DNA from: Proteromonas lacertae
Taxonomy: Eukaryota
Direction of reading: 5' to 3'
DNA: 64,000 nt
Assembly: GCA_002245135.1 (NCBI GenBank)
Contig: NGBS01000597.1
Location: forward strand, 62,001-126,000
A model generated the notes under the pieces. The model did not search any database and was not told the origin of the DNA. It worked only from the letters and a program-made list of their open reading frames with translations. A program made the translations under genes and the position numbers. This document shows, piece by piece, positions 1-11,916 of the stretch. Each line of letters opens with the position of its first letter. Position 1 is the first letter of the stretch.

Positions 1-901
1 TAAATATAAGAATATGTATAAATAATAAAATTATATTATACTTCTTTATTGATGGTTAAAACAGTCTTATCTAAATAATTTAATGATGATTCATCTTTCT
101 TGAAACGAGTAATCAAATTATTGATTTGTACATTGATAATATCATTCGATGCCGTCATAAATTGATTGAACAAATTTCTCAAGCATTTCTTAACAGTGTT
201 TTTATCATTTGATTTGACAGAGTTAATAAATTCGTTCGTGATTGGTTCTGTGATAATTGTTGCGAATTCTGGAATAGTATTTAAATGATTGATAATTTCA
301 TTTGCATCACGAAAACCACACCTAAATTTATTAAATTTACATAATTAATATATAAAATATACATTGCTTCCAAATAGGTGATAGCAACAGCCATTTCTGG
401 TTTTGCATTATCATCAGAGTATTCTTTTGGATTTGATTTGTGTAATTGAATTGCTAAATTCTTGTCTGGATGGGCTTGAATGGATAAAGCTTTGTTGATT
501 GATAAAACTTTGAATAAGAATGGTATATTTCCCTGTTTGGATGATTCGCAAGTGCCAGTTGCTTCTGGATGTGACTAAATAATATAATTAGAATATATGT
601 AAATAATACTTTCAAATAATCACTTAATAACATGGTTCCTTCTTTAGCAACAATTTTTGAAGGACCAGAAGGATGAGTTCCAAACCTATCAACCTAAATA
701 AATGCACATAATACCAATATTCTGCATATGGATGATCTTCCTCGATTTTAAATGTTGGATCAACATTGTGCTAAAGAATTAAAAAACAAACCATACTTTC
801 ATAATTGGAATCAAGCTGTTGCTACCTATTTTACCCCATGCATAATCTTTAACCTAATAATATTACCATTAAACAAATACCTCGCTTTGAAGAACAAACA
901 T
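1..901 (-). CDS. MPI: Mannose-6-phosphate isomerase (type I PMI), multi-exon, 3' end runs off the window
   Basis: Manual translation across short GT-AG introns gives [52 protein letters not shown] and [11 protein letters not shown], all type I PMI motifs. Confidence 0.95.
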
Positions 902-1053
902 CTTTTTTATTGAAAAAAGCTTGAAAAAAACTTGAATCAATTCAAACAGTTGTTTTAATTATTTTGCCAATTTCTTCGTATTTATTCATATATTCTTTTT
1001 TATATTAATATACAATAATCATCCATGTGTTTCTAAATAATATATTATAGATA

Positions 1054-1716
1054 ATGGCAACTCCAAACAAAAGACTAGATGTAATAAGAAAATCCGAAGC
1101 AAAAAGGTATTTGTGTATAGATTACTATTTTAGTCCATTATTATCATGTACAAAATCACCATATCACCGTGTTTGTAACAAACTCACAAACTCTGAACCA
1201 ATAAAAGACAGTGATGGTATTTATAATAACTAAAACTATTGCAATATAGGTATTGCTGCAATAAACAGATGTGTAATCACAATAGCTAACTCTAAAGATG
1301 ATGAAGAACAAGATCAATTTTTAGAGAAATTAAGAGATCTATTAGACAGAGGAGTTAATCCAAATGCACCCTGTGATAATGAGAAGAATCCTTTATGTTT
1401 ATGTGCAGAATTAGATTGTCCAGAAGCAGCAGAATTACTACTTCAAAGTGGAGCTCATCTTTCTGTTGATGTTGCTGGCTTAAATCCTTTTGAAATTGCA
1501 GTGCATAATAACTCTAAGGAATGTTTAGATGCATTTATGAGTTATTTGCAATATTTGGAGGGAGAAATCGATGCTACTGTTGATGATACTAGAGAATCTA
1601 TTAGTACTCCTGTTGTATCTATATAGTTAATATTATTATATGTTTAGACAGCTAGTAAAAGACTTAGAATTAGTAATGTTACAGCTAGTGCTAAAAAAAG
1701 AGCAAAGAAAAATTAA
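1054..1716 (+). CDS. Small ankyrin-repeat protein (about 4 exons)
   Basis: Spliced translation LLDRGVNPNAPCDNEKNPLCLCAELDCPEAAELLLQSGAHLSVDVAGLNPFEIAVHNNSKECL; basic C-terminal tail (KKRAKKN). Confidence 0.75.
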
Positions 1717-1812
1717 ATTTATATTTTCTTTTATATTATATTTTTGTAAGAATTGTGTATGATTTTACTCAACAACACATTCATTAAAGAGAATAAATAC
1801 TAAATTAATAAT

Positions 1813-2948
1813 TTAAAAAAACTTTCTTAACACAATATTATCACCTATTTCATCATATTCTTGTCTTGTAATCATTATAGATTTAAATGTGTCCATTGAA
1901 GCTAACATCGATCCACCAATCCAGGCAGCATTATCTCTATGTGGATCTACTAATACATGGAAGTTATTAGGTATTTCTTTTTTTAATTCACCTTCAAATC
2001 TTTCTGGCAAACCTGGAATCATTGAACCACCTCCACTTAATACAACATTCTGTAGCATTTCATTTTGTAATGTTCTATCACACTTATTAATGCAATCTTT
2101 AGTAATATCTATAATACCTGGTGTATTGGCTGGTGTAGTTGATAATAAGTTTGGTTTGAACAACACTTCACCACATTCAGGCTCGACAAGCTTGATCAAT
2201 TGTGACGATTTGACCATCTGGTAGTTCGTATACTTCATCTTTGATACTAATGCCATTTGGACGTACTCCTTCAACGTTTAATAAATAAGATGTTTTTTCT
2301 TTAATATCTTGAGCGATTTCATACTGACTTGGAGTTAATTCTATATTACATCTTTCTTTTAATAATTGTTGGAGATAAAATGTGACATCTTTTCCTCCAA
2401 CAGGAATACGACTTACTCCATAATGGAACTATATGTCCTTCATAACAAGGAACAGCTTGACTAATTCCATCTCCATATTCTATTGCTAAGCCAGTGACAT
2501 TTCCTGTTGAAAACAGTGATAATAAACTTTGAGAGAATATAGAACATCCTGGAACTTCAAATTTTTCAAACATTATTTGTGCTATTTTTTTTCTACCTTC
2601 TTTCCAGCCTTTTGAAGGAGCAGTTAATATTATTGGAAGTTTGATATGTTCAAAATCGCAATTTAGTTCATGTAGAAATATATATTCCCATAGTTTTTCC
2701 ATTGAATCCCAATCTACAATCTTACCTCTTTCTATTGGTCTAACAACGTTTAAAGTATCACGTCGACTTACAGCTTGATCACCAATATATCTATCTGTAC
2801 TTTCTTCAAATGTGTCTTGACTTTCACAAAATCCAATCACACTTGGGATATTACCTAGAGGTGTATCATTACCTGCTAAGCCATATTTAAAACTCCCTGA
2901 ACCATTATCAAATACTATTGCCTCGTTGTTGAATTGAACAGCAGTCAT
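1813..2948 (-). CDS. Divergent actin-related protein, intronless, with two +1 frameshifts (about 2422 and about 2180)
   Basis: IVFDNGSGSFKYG, PIERGKIVDWDSMEKLW, VLSGGGSMIPGLPERF, AWIGGSMLAS; the middle frame gives GGKDVTFYLQQLL...DIKEK...YELPDGQ. Confidence 0.9.
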
Positions 2949-3211
2949 TTAAATAAGAAACGATTATTGTCAAAACAGAATCAAGCTTTTTGATTTTGAT
3001 TGAGAAATTCATGATAAATACACATATATGATTAGAAAATAGATGAAATATTGTAACTACTTTCATAAATATAGTATATTAACCTGCTATGTTTCTATAT
3101 ACTACTGATTTAATTATTTTGCTTAATGTTGAGTTTCAGCATTTGAAAATTTAACAGTATCAAAAATATAACACCAATAGAATAAAATTTACTATGAAAT
3201 AAGGCTGAAAA

Positions 3212-3614
3212 AGTTGCACAACTTTTTATCAACAAGATTATTTTAAAAGGATTAGGAAAATCAAAAAATACTTTATCAGAAGACTTAAAGCATATATCAA
3301 TATACAATAATCCAATTGGAGATGAAGGAAAAGAGATAATATGTAAAAATTTGAATAATATTGTTCAACGGGAAAATGTTAATAATATTTCTTTGAATCT
3401 ATTAGAATATGAACTAAATGAAAGTGAACTGAGAATTATGAAAGATAATACAGAAATATTTGATTGTTTAGATGAATTATTAATTACAATGAAAAGCGAT
3501 ATAGGCAATACAAAATTAAAATTATTCTTAGAAACATTTATATTTATTGAAAGAATCAAATTTGCAGAAGATGAAAGGAAAGATTTACTAAAAGAATATT
3601 GGAATATAGAATAG
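3212..3614 (+). CDS. Short RNI-like leucine-rich-repeat protein or fragment; 5' end unclear
   Basis: Open frame LKHISIYNNPIGDEGKEIICKNL resembles one RNI-type LRR; no clear start codon or exon found. Confidence 0.4.
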
Positions 3615-3740
3615 TAACATCTATTTATTATCATCATCACTGTTTGAATATATGAGTTGTTTGTGATTGATTTAGATTGGAACAATAATTAAAATATATT
3701 CGTTTTAAAATAATCAATTTTGGCGGTATTTGGCTCTCTA

Positions 3741-5091
3741 ATGAATTATCTTTTAGAAATACAATCAGAATGGCCAGATAACAGCCAAATATTTCAGAAA
3801 TTCGAATCTATCCTGTCTTGCCCTATTTGTAAGGAATTAATACAAGGAGCAGTTATTCTGCCTTGTGGTCATTCATATTGTTCATTATGTATAAGAAAAT
3901 TTATGGAATATAATGAAGAATGTCCAACATGTCGCTTAAGATGTTGTGATGGTGATTTAATAAGAAACAATCAACTTGAGGAAGTAGCGCACTATTTTTC
4001 TATAATAAAACCACAAATAATATCATTATTAACGAATTCAAATAAAAATATAAAAGTAGATGTAATATCAAATACTTCCAATTCTAGAAAACCATTAGCA
4101 AAAGTATTTTACAATAACATATCCCTTCAACGTCTAAAAGAAATGCTACAGTCCTGTAATCTACCAATTACAGGAAGTAAAGAAGAAATGATAAGAAGAC
4201 ATAAGGATTATATATTATTGGTATATATATATATATATATATTGTAGTACAATTCTGAATGTGATAAAATAACACCACTATCTGAAGATGAGATTGTTAA
4301 GAAAGTAATAGAACAGGAGAATCAAAGAAGTAAACAGAATAATTTATTGAGTAAAACTAGATTGAATTTCTTTCATTCAAATCCTAAAACTACATCAGTA
4401 TTTTATTAAATAAATAAACATATAAATATTGTATATAGATACAATTAGGTGAGATATGGAGAGTGATTTATTCAAAGAAACTTGATAGAATATTATACTA
4501 TAATCATAAAGACAAAATATTACAAGAGAATGTATATATCATTACTATATTATTTTATATTTTATAATAAAATGAATAGCCACCTAATCAAATAAAAGAT
4601 TTTACAAACTATGATGTATTTTTACCATCAAATAGTAATAATAATGAAATAAAAGAGGTAGTTATTACACCTGACAAAAAAGAGAAAAGAAAAATCTCCA
4701 AAATTGATAGTTTTATTGATAAAAATCCATCATCAACCTCAGATATTACTATGACAACATCATACAATAATAAAAATAGCACTAATCCAAATAAAAAGCA
4801 AAAGACAACTGTATTAGATTATTTAGAAATAAGTGATGATGAAAAAAGCAGTAAAAAAGATGATAATCAACAAGAAGTTGATGATATTAGTAATGATGAT
4901 GATTTTGTTGAAGAAGTGAAGATAGAAAATGAAAATGATAGAAAAGGATGGATTTGTAACAAGTGTACTTTATGGAATTTAGGAAAATATCTTTTTTTAA
5001 TTCAATACTCTTGTGTTTTAGTGTTTTTAATTCATCTTTTTTTACTACAAATCTGTGTGATGCTTGTGGATCATTAAGAAAAAAGAAATGA
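3741..5091 (+). CDS. RAD18: RAD18-like E3 ubiquitin ligase (RING-HC, SAP, C-terminal RanBP2/NZF zinc finger)
   Basis: CPICKE...PCGHSYCSLCIR...CPTCR; SAP-like LKEMLQSCNLPITGSKEEMIRRH...YNSECD; last exon completes W-x-C-x2-C-x3-N-x6-C-x2-C. Confidence 0.85.
4987..5045 (+). other. U12-type AT-AC intron in the RAD18-like gene
   Basis: 5' ATATCTTT, branch-like TTTTTAAT at 5024-5031, 3' AC; removal yields WICNKCTLWNLGNTNLCDAC, an exact RanBP2 zinc-finger spacing. Confidence 0.85.
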
Positions 5092-5132
5092 ATAATTACT
5101 AAATTTTACACAGACAATAAGATAACATTAAT

Positions 5133-5659
5133 TTAAGATTGATTGTTTTGTTGTGCATCTATAACATCCCATACAGTAACTCCTAAACTCTTTAAATCAA
5201 CAGGTTGCATTTTCTTGTCAAATACTTGATAACCTTCTCCACTTTCATCTTCATACTCTTTAAATGGAGGTGGCAATGTAGTTAACATAAATCTCTCTTT
5301 TGGGAATGGTGTTGTGTCTGGCAAACGAGCTAATTCTCTTAAATGGTTTGTAGGTAGTGCATCCACAGCTCTATGCATTAGATATATTTTATTATCAATA
5401 TCAGCTCTTCTTCTAAAATCTCTTTTTTGATATTCTTTATTATATTTAGCAAAAATGACAGAAGCTCTCTCTTGTAACTCTTTTGGTAAATCTTCTCTAA
5501 AAATATACATCAAATAAGGCAATACAAAGTTTCTTTTGGTTCTAAAATATCAATAATAGCTTCAAAAAAAGGATCTTTACCTTTTGCAAAATTACGATTT
5601 ATAATTATTGGACTAATATTAGCACATCTATGAATTGGTATAAATAATCTTGAAAACAT
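5133..5659 (-). CDS. Mitochondrial ribosomal protein mL40-like
   Basis: Arg-rich, acid-free N-terminus MFSRLFIPIHRCANISPIIINRNFAK; AVDALP..LRELARLPDTTPFPKERFMLTTLPP resembles the MRPL40/MRP-L28 domain; one intron. Confidence 0.6.
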
Positions 5660-5748
5660 CTTCAATCAATAGAAAAAGTAAAAATAAATTATCACAGGCT
5701 TGAAGATAGCTTGATATATTACATTTTTCATTTTTGACTTAATTTAAG

Positions 5749-6627
5749 ATGGTATAAGCTTTCTATTAAACTCAATTTTAATATTTTATAGCCACAAAAC
5801 GAACATATTGAGCTATTTCAAAAAAGAAACGGATTCCGTTTAGATCATTTTGAAAAAGAGTATTGATACTCATTTTTATATATTAGGCGAAAGAAAGAAG
5901 CTCGTGCAGCTCATGATAAATCAGAATTCGCTCAAAAAGTAAGAGGTCTAAAAGCCAAGTTATACAACAAGCAGAGGTTTAAGGAGAAGGCTACTATGAA
6001 GAAACAGTATATTAGGTGATTATCATAAATAATAGGATCAATATGCATCAAGAAAGAACAAATAAACATTCAAATGATGATAAAGTATCAGAAGGTGCAG
6101 TACCAGCTTATTTATTAGATCGTGAAGGTGTATCTCGTGCAAAAGTCTTAAGTAATAGTGTAAAACAAAAGCGAAAAGAAAAAGCTGGTAAATGGCAAGT
6201 TCCAATTCCTAAAGTTAATCCAATATCAGATGCAGAGATGTTTAAAGTGTTAAGTACCGGTAAACGAAAGAAGAAACAATGGAAGAGAATGATAACTAAA
6301 GTTACATTTGTAGGAGATAGTTATACAAGAAAACCTCCAAAATATGAAAGATTTATAAGACCAACTGGTTTAAGATTTAAAAAAGCACATGTTACACATC
6401 CAGAATTGAAGACTACTTTTTATTTAGATATAATTGGAGTAAAGAAAAACCCACAAAGTGCTTTATATACACAATTAGGAGTTATTACTAAAGGTACTAT
6501 TATTGAGGTGAATGTGAGTGATTTAGGTTTGGTTACACAGAGTGGTAAAGTGGTTTGGGGTAAATATGCACAAGTTACAAACAATCCAGAGAATGATGGT
6601 TGTATTAATGCTGTCCTTTTGGTTTAA
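5749..6627 (+). CDS. NSA2: Ribosome biogenesis protein NSA2
   Basis: ATG, intron, then PQNEHIE; highly conserved [18 protein letters not shown] segment and [24 protein letters not shown]-terminus. Confidence 0.97.
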
Positions 6628-6807
6628 ATTTAAGATGTTTTTATTTTTCCTACTTCTACTAATGTTTAAAACTTATAACTAGTTGTATTACTTTATTATT
6701 TGTGATTTGTATAACACAACTACTGTCAATAAAAAAAATAAAGTGGAGGAATTGACATTACCATCTTTATTCTTTCATTATATTGTATATCCATATTAAT
6801 ATAAACA

Positions 6808-9800
6808 ATGCTCTTCAATAACGTAGAAAAAGATTTTTATTTTGTCGAGCCGAACTATCATATGAACTTTTATATCTCGAGAATGAGAAATCGATTATAT
6901 ACAATAGTTATTTCAATGATCCTTGTTGCTAAATCTATAGCCATCCATAACTTTAGATATCCTGAAAGCCCTTATCAAATGGATATTTACCAGAATGATG
7001 TTAAAATAGAGCCTACATATGAGCCAAGCTTATTTGATTTTCTGACGTGTTATTGTGACTCGGAATTACCCCCTGGTTTAATGTTTCATAAAAATGGTAC
7101 AATAAATGGTATTCCAGAATATTCAGGAGTATGGGATATTGTTGTTGTTGGTCATTTCTATTTCAGTGGGAATGAAACCGCAGCTTTTACCATCAAAATT
7201 TATGGTGATCCACATGATTGTAAGTATCCAGTAACATCCATGAAGCTATATGTAGGGCAAATGGTAACTGGCCTAATTCCGTCTTGTCCATATATTTATA
7301 TGTATAACAGTATTGGTTTACCTCATGGTTTATCCTTAGATCCATTAACAGGTGAAATAACTGGATCACCAACTACAGAATATGGTATTACGCAAGTACG
7401 AGTGCAATTTGCATCAATCAATATAATGTACACAGCTAATATCAATATAGAAGTAGTGAGTCGATATAGTTCAATAAATGGAGTAGTGATTGATTTTATA
7501 TACTATTCACTCTGTAATAAATTACCTTATTCAAGTGACTTTAAAACAGAAGCAATAATAACATCAAGGATATATTATCAATTGAATTTATTTACAGCGT
7601 CATTGCCAAATGTTGATTTGAATTTACCAACATCATTAACTCAAGGTTATGCGTTTAGAATACAAGGGACTTTGGTTGTTGACACTTTAGGTCAATATAT
7701 ATTCTCATTAGAAGCAACAGATGGTGTAAAATTCACTTTAAAACCTACCCCCTCTTCATCAAGTGTAATATTTAACAAATTATCATGTACAACATTTGAA
7801 CAATTTACAACAAAAGTTGAATTAACTGATCATTTAATAGATTTTGAAATAGTTGGTACTCAAGTTAATAATGCTCATGTATTTCGAATACTGTGGAAAA
7901 ACGCTGGTTCTTCTAGTGAACAACCGAAAATTATTAAAGGAGATAATCTATTAGTGATGCCTACTTATTTAACAAGATTACATTATGAATCTTCTACGCT
8001 ATTATTTCCACTAAATCAAGTAGTAACATATCCTTTATTTTATTCTGGTTTTCCATCATCATTTGAATTAAGAGAATGTATTTTACCTTCTGGCTTAAAT
8101 TTTCATAAAAATACAGGTACAATTGAAGGATCTTCTAGTTATTCTTCTATTATAGGACATTGTATAATAAATGGAATAGGCTTGACAAGTTCGTCAGAAT
8201 CAGAATTCAGTTTTATGGTAATTGATCATATATTAAAATCGAATGGAGTTATAGGAAAATTCTTTGAAATTTCTGGTGGTGATTTGGATATACAAGATCG
8301 TAGTTTATCTGATCCATCTAAATATCAATTAGCAAGTCAATTTTATCAAGAGAACATTAATTATAATGGAAGTGGTTTGTTTTGGAATTATTTACCTCGA
8401 ACTATTAGTTTGCCATTTTCATCTAGTTGGGAAGGTTATATAACTATCTCTTATCCATGGACTTACTGTATTTATTGTAACGCAACTGATATATGCCATG
8501 TAGAAATAGATGATCAATTGATTATATCAAAACAATATTATCATTTAGATGAAGTTTCAGATTGTCAATTTTATGAAGCAAAAGAACATAAAATAAGAGT
8601 TGTAGGACATCAAATACACAATAATTCAATATTAATCATATCAATAAGTGGTGGTTATCCTATACAAAGTAAACATCCTATAATTAACTATCATTTTTAT
8701 CCAAAAATACCTTTTCATTATAAACTCAATTATTTTACTTTAATTCAAGGACAGTTGTTTAACGATCCCCCTTTACTCTTCTTAACATCTTATCAGTCAT
8801 ATAATGATTTGACTTATACTGTTTATCCACAATTACCAGCTGGAATAAATCTTTATGAAAATGGAACAATCGGTGGTAGTACAACTTTATCTAATTTACC
8901 ACTTTCTAATTATACTATTAAAGTAACAAATGAAAGAATTAATCAATATTATACTACAACTATCTCATTATCAATTATTAGTGTAGTACCTCCAAAGAGA
9001 ATTACATATTCTCAAGATTTAGTCGAATCTTCATTAGGTATTACAATTCCAACATTAACTTGTGTAATAGAAGGAGGAATAGTAGAGAAATATTATACTA
9101 TCCCTGAATTACCTAAAGGAATAATCTTAGATCAAAGTGATGGAAGTATATCAGGAACACCAATGGAAATATTCAAAGGAACAATAATAGTATATGCTTC
9201 AAATAGTGGTGGAAGTTGTTCATTTGAAATTACATTTACTTTTCGTGATTGTGAAGGCGCTGATAGTGTAATTTTGTCATTTGTTTTAGGTAAAGAAGGT
9301 TCTCCACAAATTACTGTTTTCTTTAATGAAGAGAACATTTATACAAGACTTGGAAAAGGTATTAATGATACAAAAGTGTTTTGTCATTCTGGAGAAGGTA
9401 ATTATAGAGTTATGTTGAGATATGATTCACACAGTAATAAACCATATGTTTACTTAAGTTATTATCCAAATGTTATTATTTATGAAGGATATACAAATAT
9501 GGAAGCTCCAGAGCAAAATATTATTTTTAATAAGACTTATAGTGAAGTAGTTAAAATAAATATGCCAATAATGACAGAAGGAGATTCATATTCATATATG
9601 GAAATTATTCCAACTATAAAAGGAGCATATTCTAAATGTACAATATTAAATGCAATTGATTTATTCAAAGGATTGGAATATAATACTCATAATTGTATGA
9701 TTACTGGAATTCCTACTGTATCTGGAGATAGATATCTTACAGCTGAAATTTGTAATCCTCGTGGATGTGGTACAAATACATTTAGAGTGGTAGTAAGAGG

Positions 9801-11805
9801 ATGTCCAGCTGAAAATGAAGTGATTTATATAAAATTACTAACTATTGTAGAGGCATATACACAAAGTTTTGTACTATATGATAATAATAACACTGTAATA
9901 TATGAAATGAGTAATTTGAAAGATGATCAATATTATACAACTCAATTATGTGTTGCTGGTGGTGCTTATTATGTTGAAATGAATTCTACTTCAGTATATG
10001 GTTGGTTTGCAGGTAGTTATTTATCACTTCACAGTTATAGTGGAATTCCATTGTTTTATGGTTCAATTAATAGACAAGGAACTCTCAGAACTAGAATTAA
10101 TATCAATTTCTATATAAATAGTAGTACTTTAGTTAGTTATAATGATTATTATGTTGAGAAATGGATGGAAGTAGATTTTGTTAATAAATGGTCAAAAGCA
10201 ATACCTTCAAAATTGCCAAATTATCGTGCTATTTCTCGATTTTACAGATTTACATTTAATTTAACAGATAAAATGTTCTATGAAACATCAATATATGCTA
10301 TTTCATTTAAATATATATATGGAACAGCAATATATGTGAATGGCAAAGTTTTATTTACAGATGGATTAGTTCCACCATTTAATCCAACAACACCAGGAAT
10401 AAGTAAAAGTGAATATGTAACTATGTATTATAGTAATTCAGTAATATCTTTAAGTTATAATAATGTAATAGCAATTGAAGTACATCAAAATGATTCATAT
10501 CATGTAGATAATCCTGACATATTCTCATTTCAATTATATATAAATAATGGTGATAAAATTCACAATTATTTGAAGGAAGTACCATTCGAAATGAAGAGTA
10601 ATGTTACTGATACTTCATTAAGTCCACTTTATGATGACGATTATAATACTGATGTTTCATTTTCATTTTTACCAGAATTGACATGTGAAATATTGTTATA
10701 CTTTCCTCCCAATTATACAATTTTCATTAATCAATATACTTTTACTAGTTCGAAAATTGATGCTATATATGATCCTAAAGGATGGGAGTTTTATGGAAGT
10801 TTAAATGGTTATTATTGGAATTTGTTAGATAATAGAAGTGATATAGTATTTACAGAAAGAAGACAAATTCAATATTTTTCTATTGAAAGAGAAGAAGGTG
10901 AATTACTTCACAGTTATAATTATTACAAATGGGTTTTTACTGATTTAGGAAAGAATAATAAAGGTTTGACACAGTTTGCTTTATCTGAGATTCATTTTAG
11001 TGCTATCAATGATTTAAAATGTAAAAAAACAGACATACTCCCAGAAACACCAGCAGGAGTGACAGAGATATTAGGTTGTTCAGATTATTATCATGGAAAT
11101 ATATCTTACAAATGTGTATTTGATGTTAATACAAAAGTAGTTAATTGGACTAAACCAATCGATAATTGTGAACTTGATCCACCTTCTGAGTTATATGTTA
11201 TTCCTGACAAAATAGAAGGTTATTCAGGATATACAACAACTCCAATTTATATATCACACAAAGGTATAAAGACTAATGTAACTATTACACCTGATTTACC
11301 ATCTAATATTATATTCACAACCAATCAAATATCTGGTAGATGGAATGATCCAATATCACAAGTGTATTTGTTAAAAGTTTGCAATATTAATGGATGTTTG
11401 CAACATGAAATAACAGTTCGTGTAATTGAACCATTTTGTTCAGCAGATGGCATATATCCTGAAACAAAAATAGGTGTAACGATCATATTAGATTGTCCAG
11501 TAGGTGAATTGGGTGTTGTAAAGAGAGAATGTTTATTTGAAAGCCGTCCAGTTTGGGGAGAAGAGACTTCAACTTGTACAGTTCCAGACAAACAGAAAGA
11601 CAGTAATACTACAGTAGTTGTAATAGCTATTGTCATTCCTGTGATTATTATTATTATAGGAGCTATTGCGTTCTATTTTATATATCCTAGAATACATGGC
11701 AGAGCTAGAGCAATGTCACATAGTATGAGTCAACTAAATAAGAATCGATTATCAAGTCACAATAGTATAAAGGGTGTTAATTTGTCTGAATATGGTTTTA
11801 TATAA
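6808..11805 (+). CDS. Large type I membrane protein with He_PIG (putative Ig) repeats, PA14-like and galactose-binding/discoidin-like domains
   Basis: Repeated LPxGLxLDxxTGxIxGxP; two PA14-like segments (F.I.G.L.V...GQY.F.L.A.DG; SWEGYI); PKGWEFYGSLNG..W.LLD.R; C-terminal TM VVVIAIVIPVIIIIIGAIAFYFIY; likely signal start at about 6883. Confidence 0.8.
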   Translation: MLFNNVEKDFYFVEPNYHMNFYISRMRNRLYTIVISMILVAKSIAIHNFRYPESPYQMDIYQNDVKIEPTYEPSLFDFLTCYCDSELPPGLMFHKNGTINGIPEYSGVWDIVVVGHFYFSGNETAAFTIKIYGDPHDCKYPVTSMKLYVGQMVTGLIPSCPYIYMYNSIGLPHGLSLDPLTGEITGSPTTEYGITQVRVQFASINIMYTANINIEVVSRYSSINGVVIDFIYYSLCNKLPYSSDFKTEAIITSRIYYQLNLFTASLPNVDLNLPTSLTQGYAFRIQGTLVVDTLGQYIFSLEATDGVKFTLKPTPSSSSVIFNKLSCTTFEQFTTKVELTDHLIDFEIVGTQVNNAHVFRILWKNAGSSSEQPKIIKGDNLLVMPTYLTRLHYESSTLLFPLNQVVTYPLFYSGFPSSFELRECILPSGLNFHKNTGTIEGSSSYSSIIGHCIINGIGLTSSSESEFSFMVIDHILKSNGVIGKFFEISGGDLDIQDRSLSDPSKYQLASQFYQENINYNGSGLFWNYLPRTISLPFSSSWEGYITISYPWTYCIYCNATDICHVEIDDQLIISKQYYHLDEVSDCQFYEAKEHKIRVVGHQIHNNSILIISISGGYPIQSKHPIINYHFYPKIPFHYKLNYFTLIQGQLFNDPPLLFLTSYQSYNDLTYTVYPQLPAGINLYENGTIGGSTTLSNLPLSNYTIKVTNERINQYYTTTISLSIISVVPPKRITYSQDLVESSLGITIPTLTCVIEGGIVEKYYTIPELPKGIILDQSDGSISGTPMEIFKGTIIVYASNSGGSCSFEITFTFRDCEGADSVILSFVLGKEGSPQITVFFNEENIYTRLGKGINDTKVFCHSGEGNYRVMLRYDSHSNKPYVYLSYYPNVIIYEGYTNMEAPEQNIIFNKTYSEVVKINMPIMTEGDSYSYMEIIPTIKGAYSKCTILNAIDLFKGLEYNTHNCMITGIPTVSGDRYLTAEICNPRGCGTNTFRVVVRGCPAENEVIYIKLLTIVEAYTQSFVLYDNNNTVIYEMSNLKDDQYYTTQLCVAGGAYYVEMNSTSVYGWFAGSYLSLHSYSGIPLFYGSINRQGTLRTRININFYINSSTLVSYNDYYVEKWMEVDFVNKWSKAIPSKLPNYRAISRFYRFTFNLTDKMFYETSIYAISFKYIYGTAIYVNGKVLFTDGLVPPFNPTTPGISKSEYVTMYYSNSVISLSYNNVIAIEVHQNDSYHVDNPDIFSFQLYINNGDKIHNYLKEVPFEMKSNVTDTSLSPLYDDDYNTDVSFSFLPELTCEILLYFPPNYTIFINQYTFTSSKIDAIYDPKGWEFYGSLNGYYWNLLDNRSDIVFTERRQIQYFSIEREEGELLHSYNYYKWVFTDLGKNNKGLTQFALSEIHFSAINDLKCKKTDILPETPAGVTEILGCSDYYHGNISYKCVFDVNTKVVNWTKPIDNCELDPPSELYVIPDKIEGYSGYTTTPIYISHKGIKTNVTITPDLPSNIIFTTNQISGRWNDPISQVYLLKVCNINGCLQHEITVRVIEPFCSADGIYPETKIGVTIILDCPVGELGVVKRECLFESRPVWGEETSTCTVPDKQKDSNTTVVVIAIVIPVIIIIIGAIAFYFIYPRIHGRARAMSHSMSQLNKNRLSSHNSIKGVNLSEYGFI

Positions 11806-11916
11806 TTCTTAACTTAATTTGATTATTTATTCAATTTATAAACATTATTAATTGTTGTTTTTTTAAATGATCCAAAGCAAACACTGTTATTGCAATGGAT
11901 AACTACATTTTTAGAG

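Noticed and set aside
1889..2224. Antisense and alternate-frame short ORFs from the track (e.g. 1889-2224, 11325-11636, 58113-58475)
   Set aside because: Shadows of real genes on the opposite strand or frame, with no recognisable motifs
4987..5008. Shorter 22-nt AT-AC intron ending at AATAC
   Set aside because: Gives an in-frame TAG and no zinc finger; the 59-nt version fits exactly
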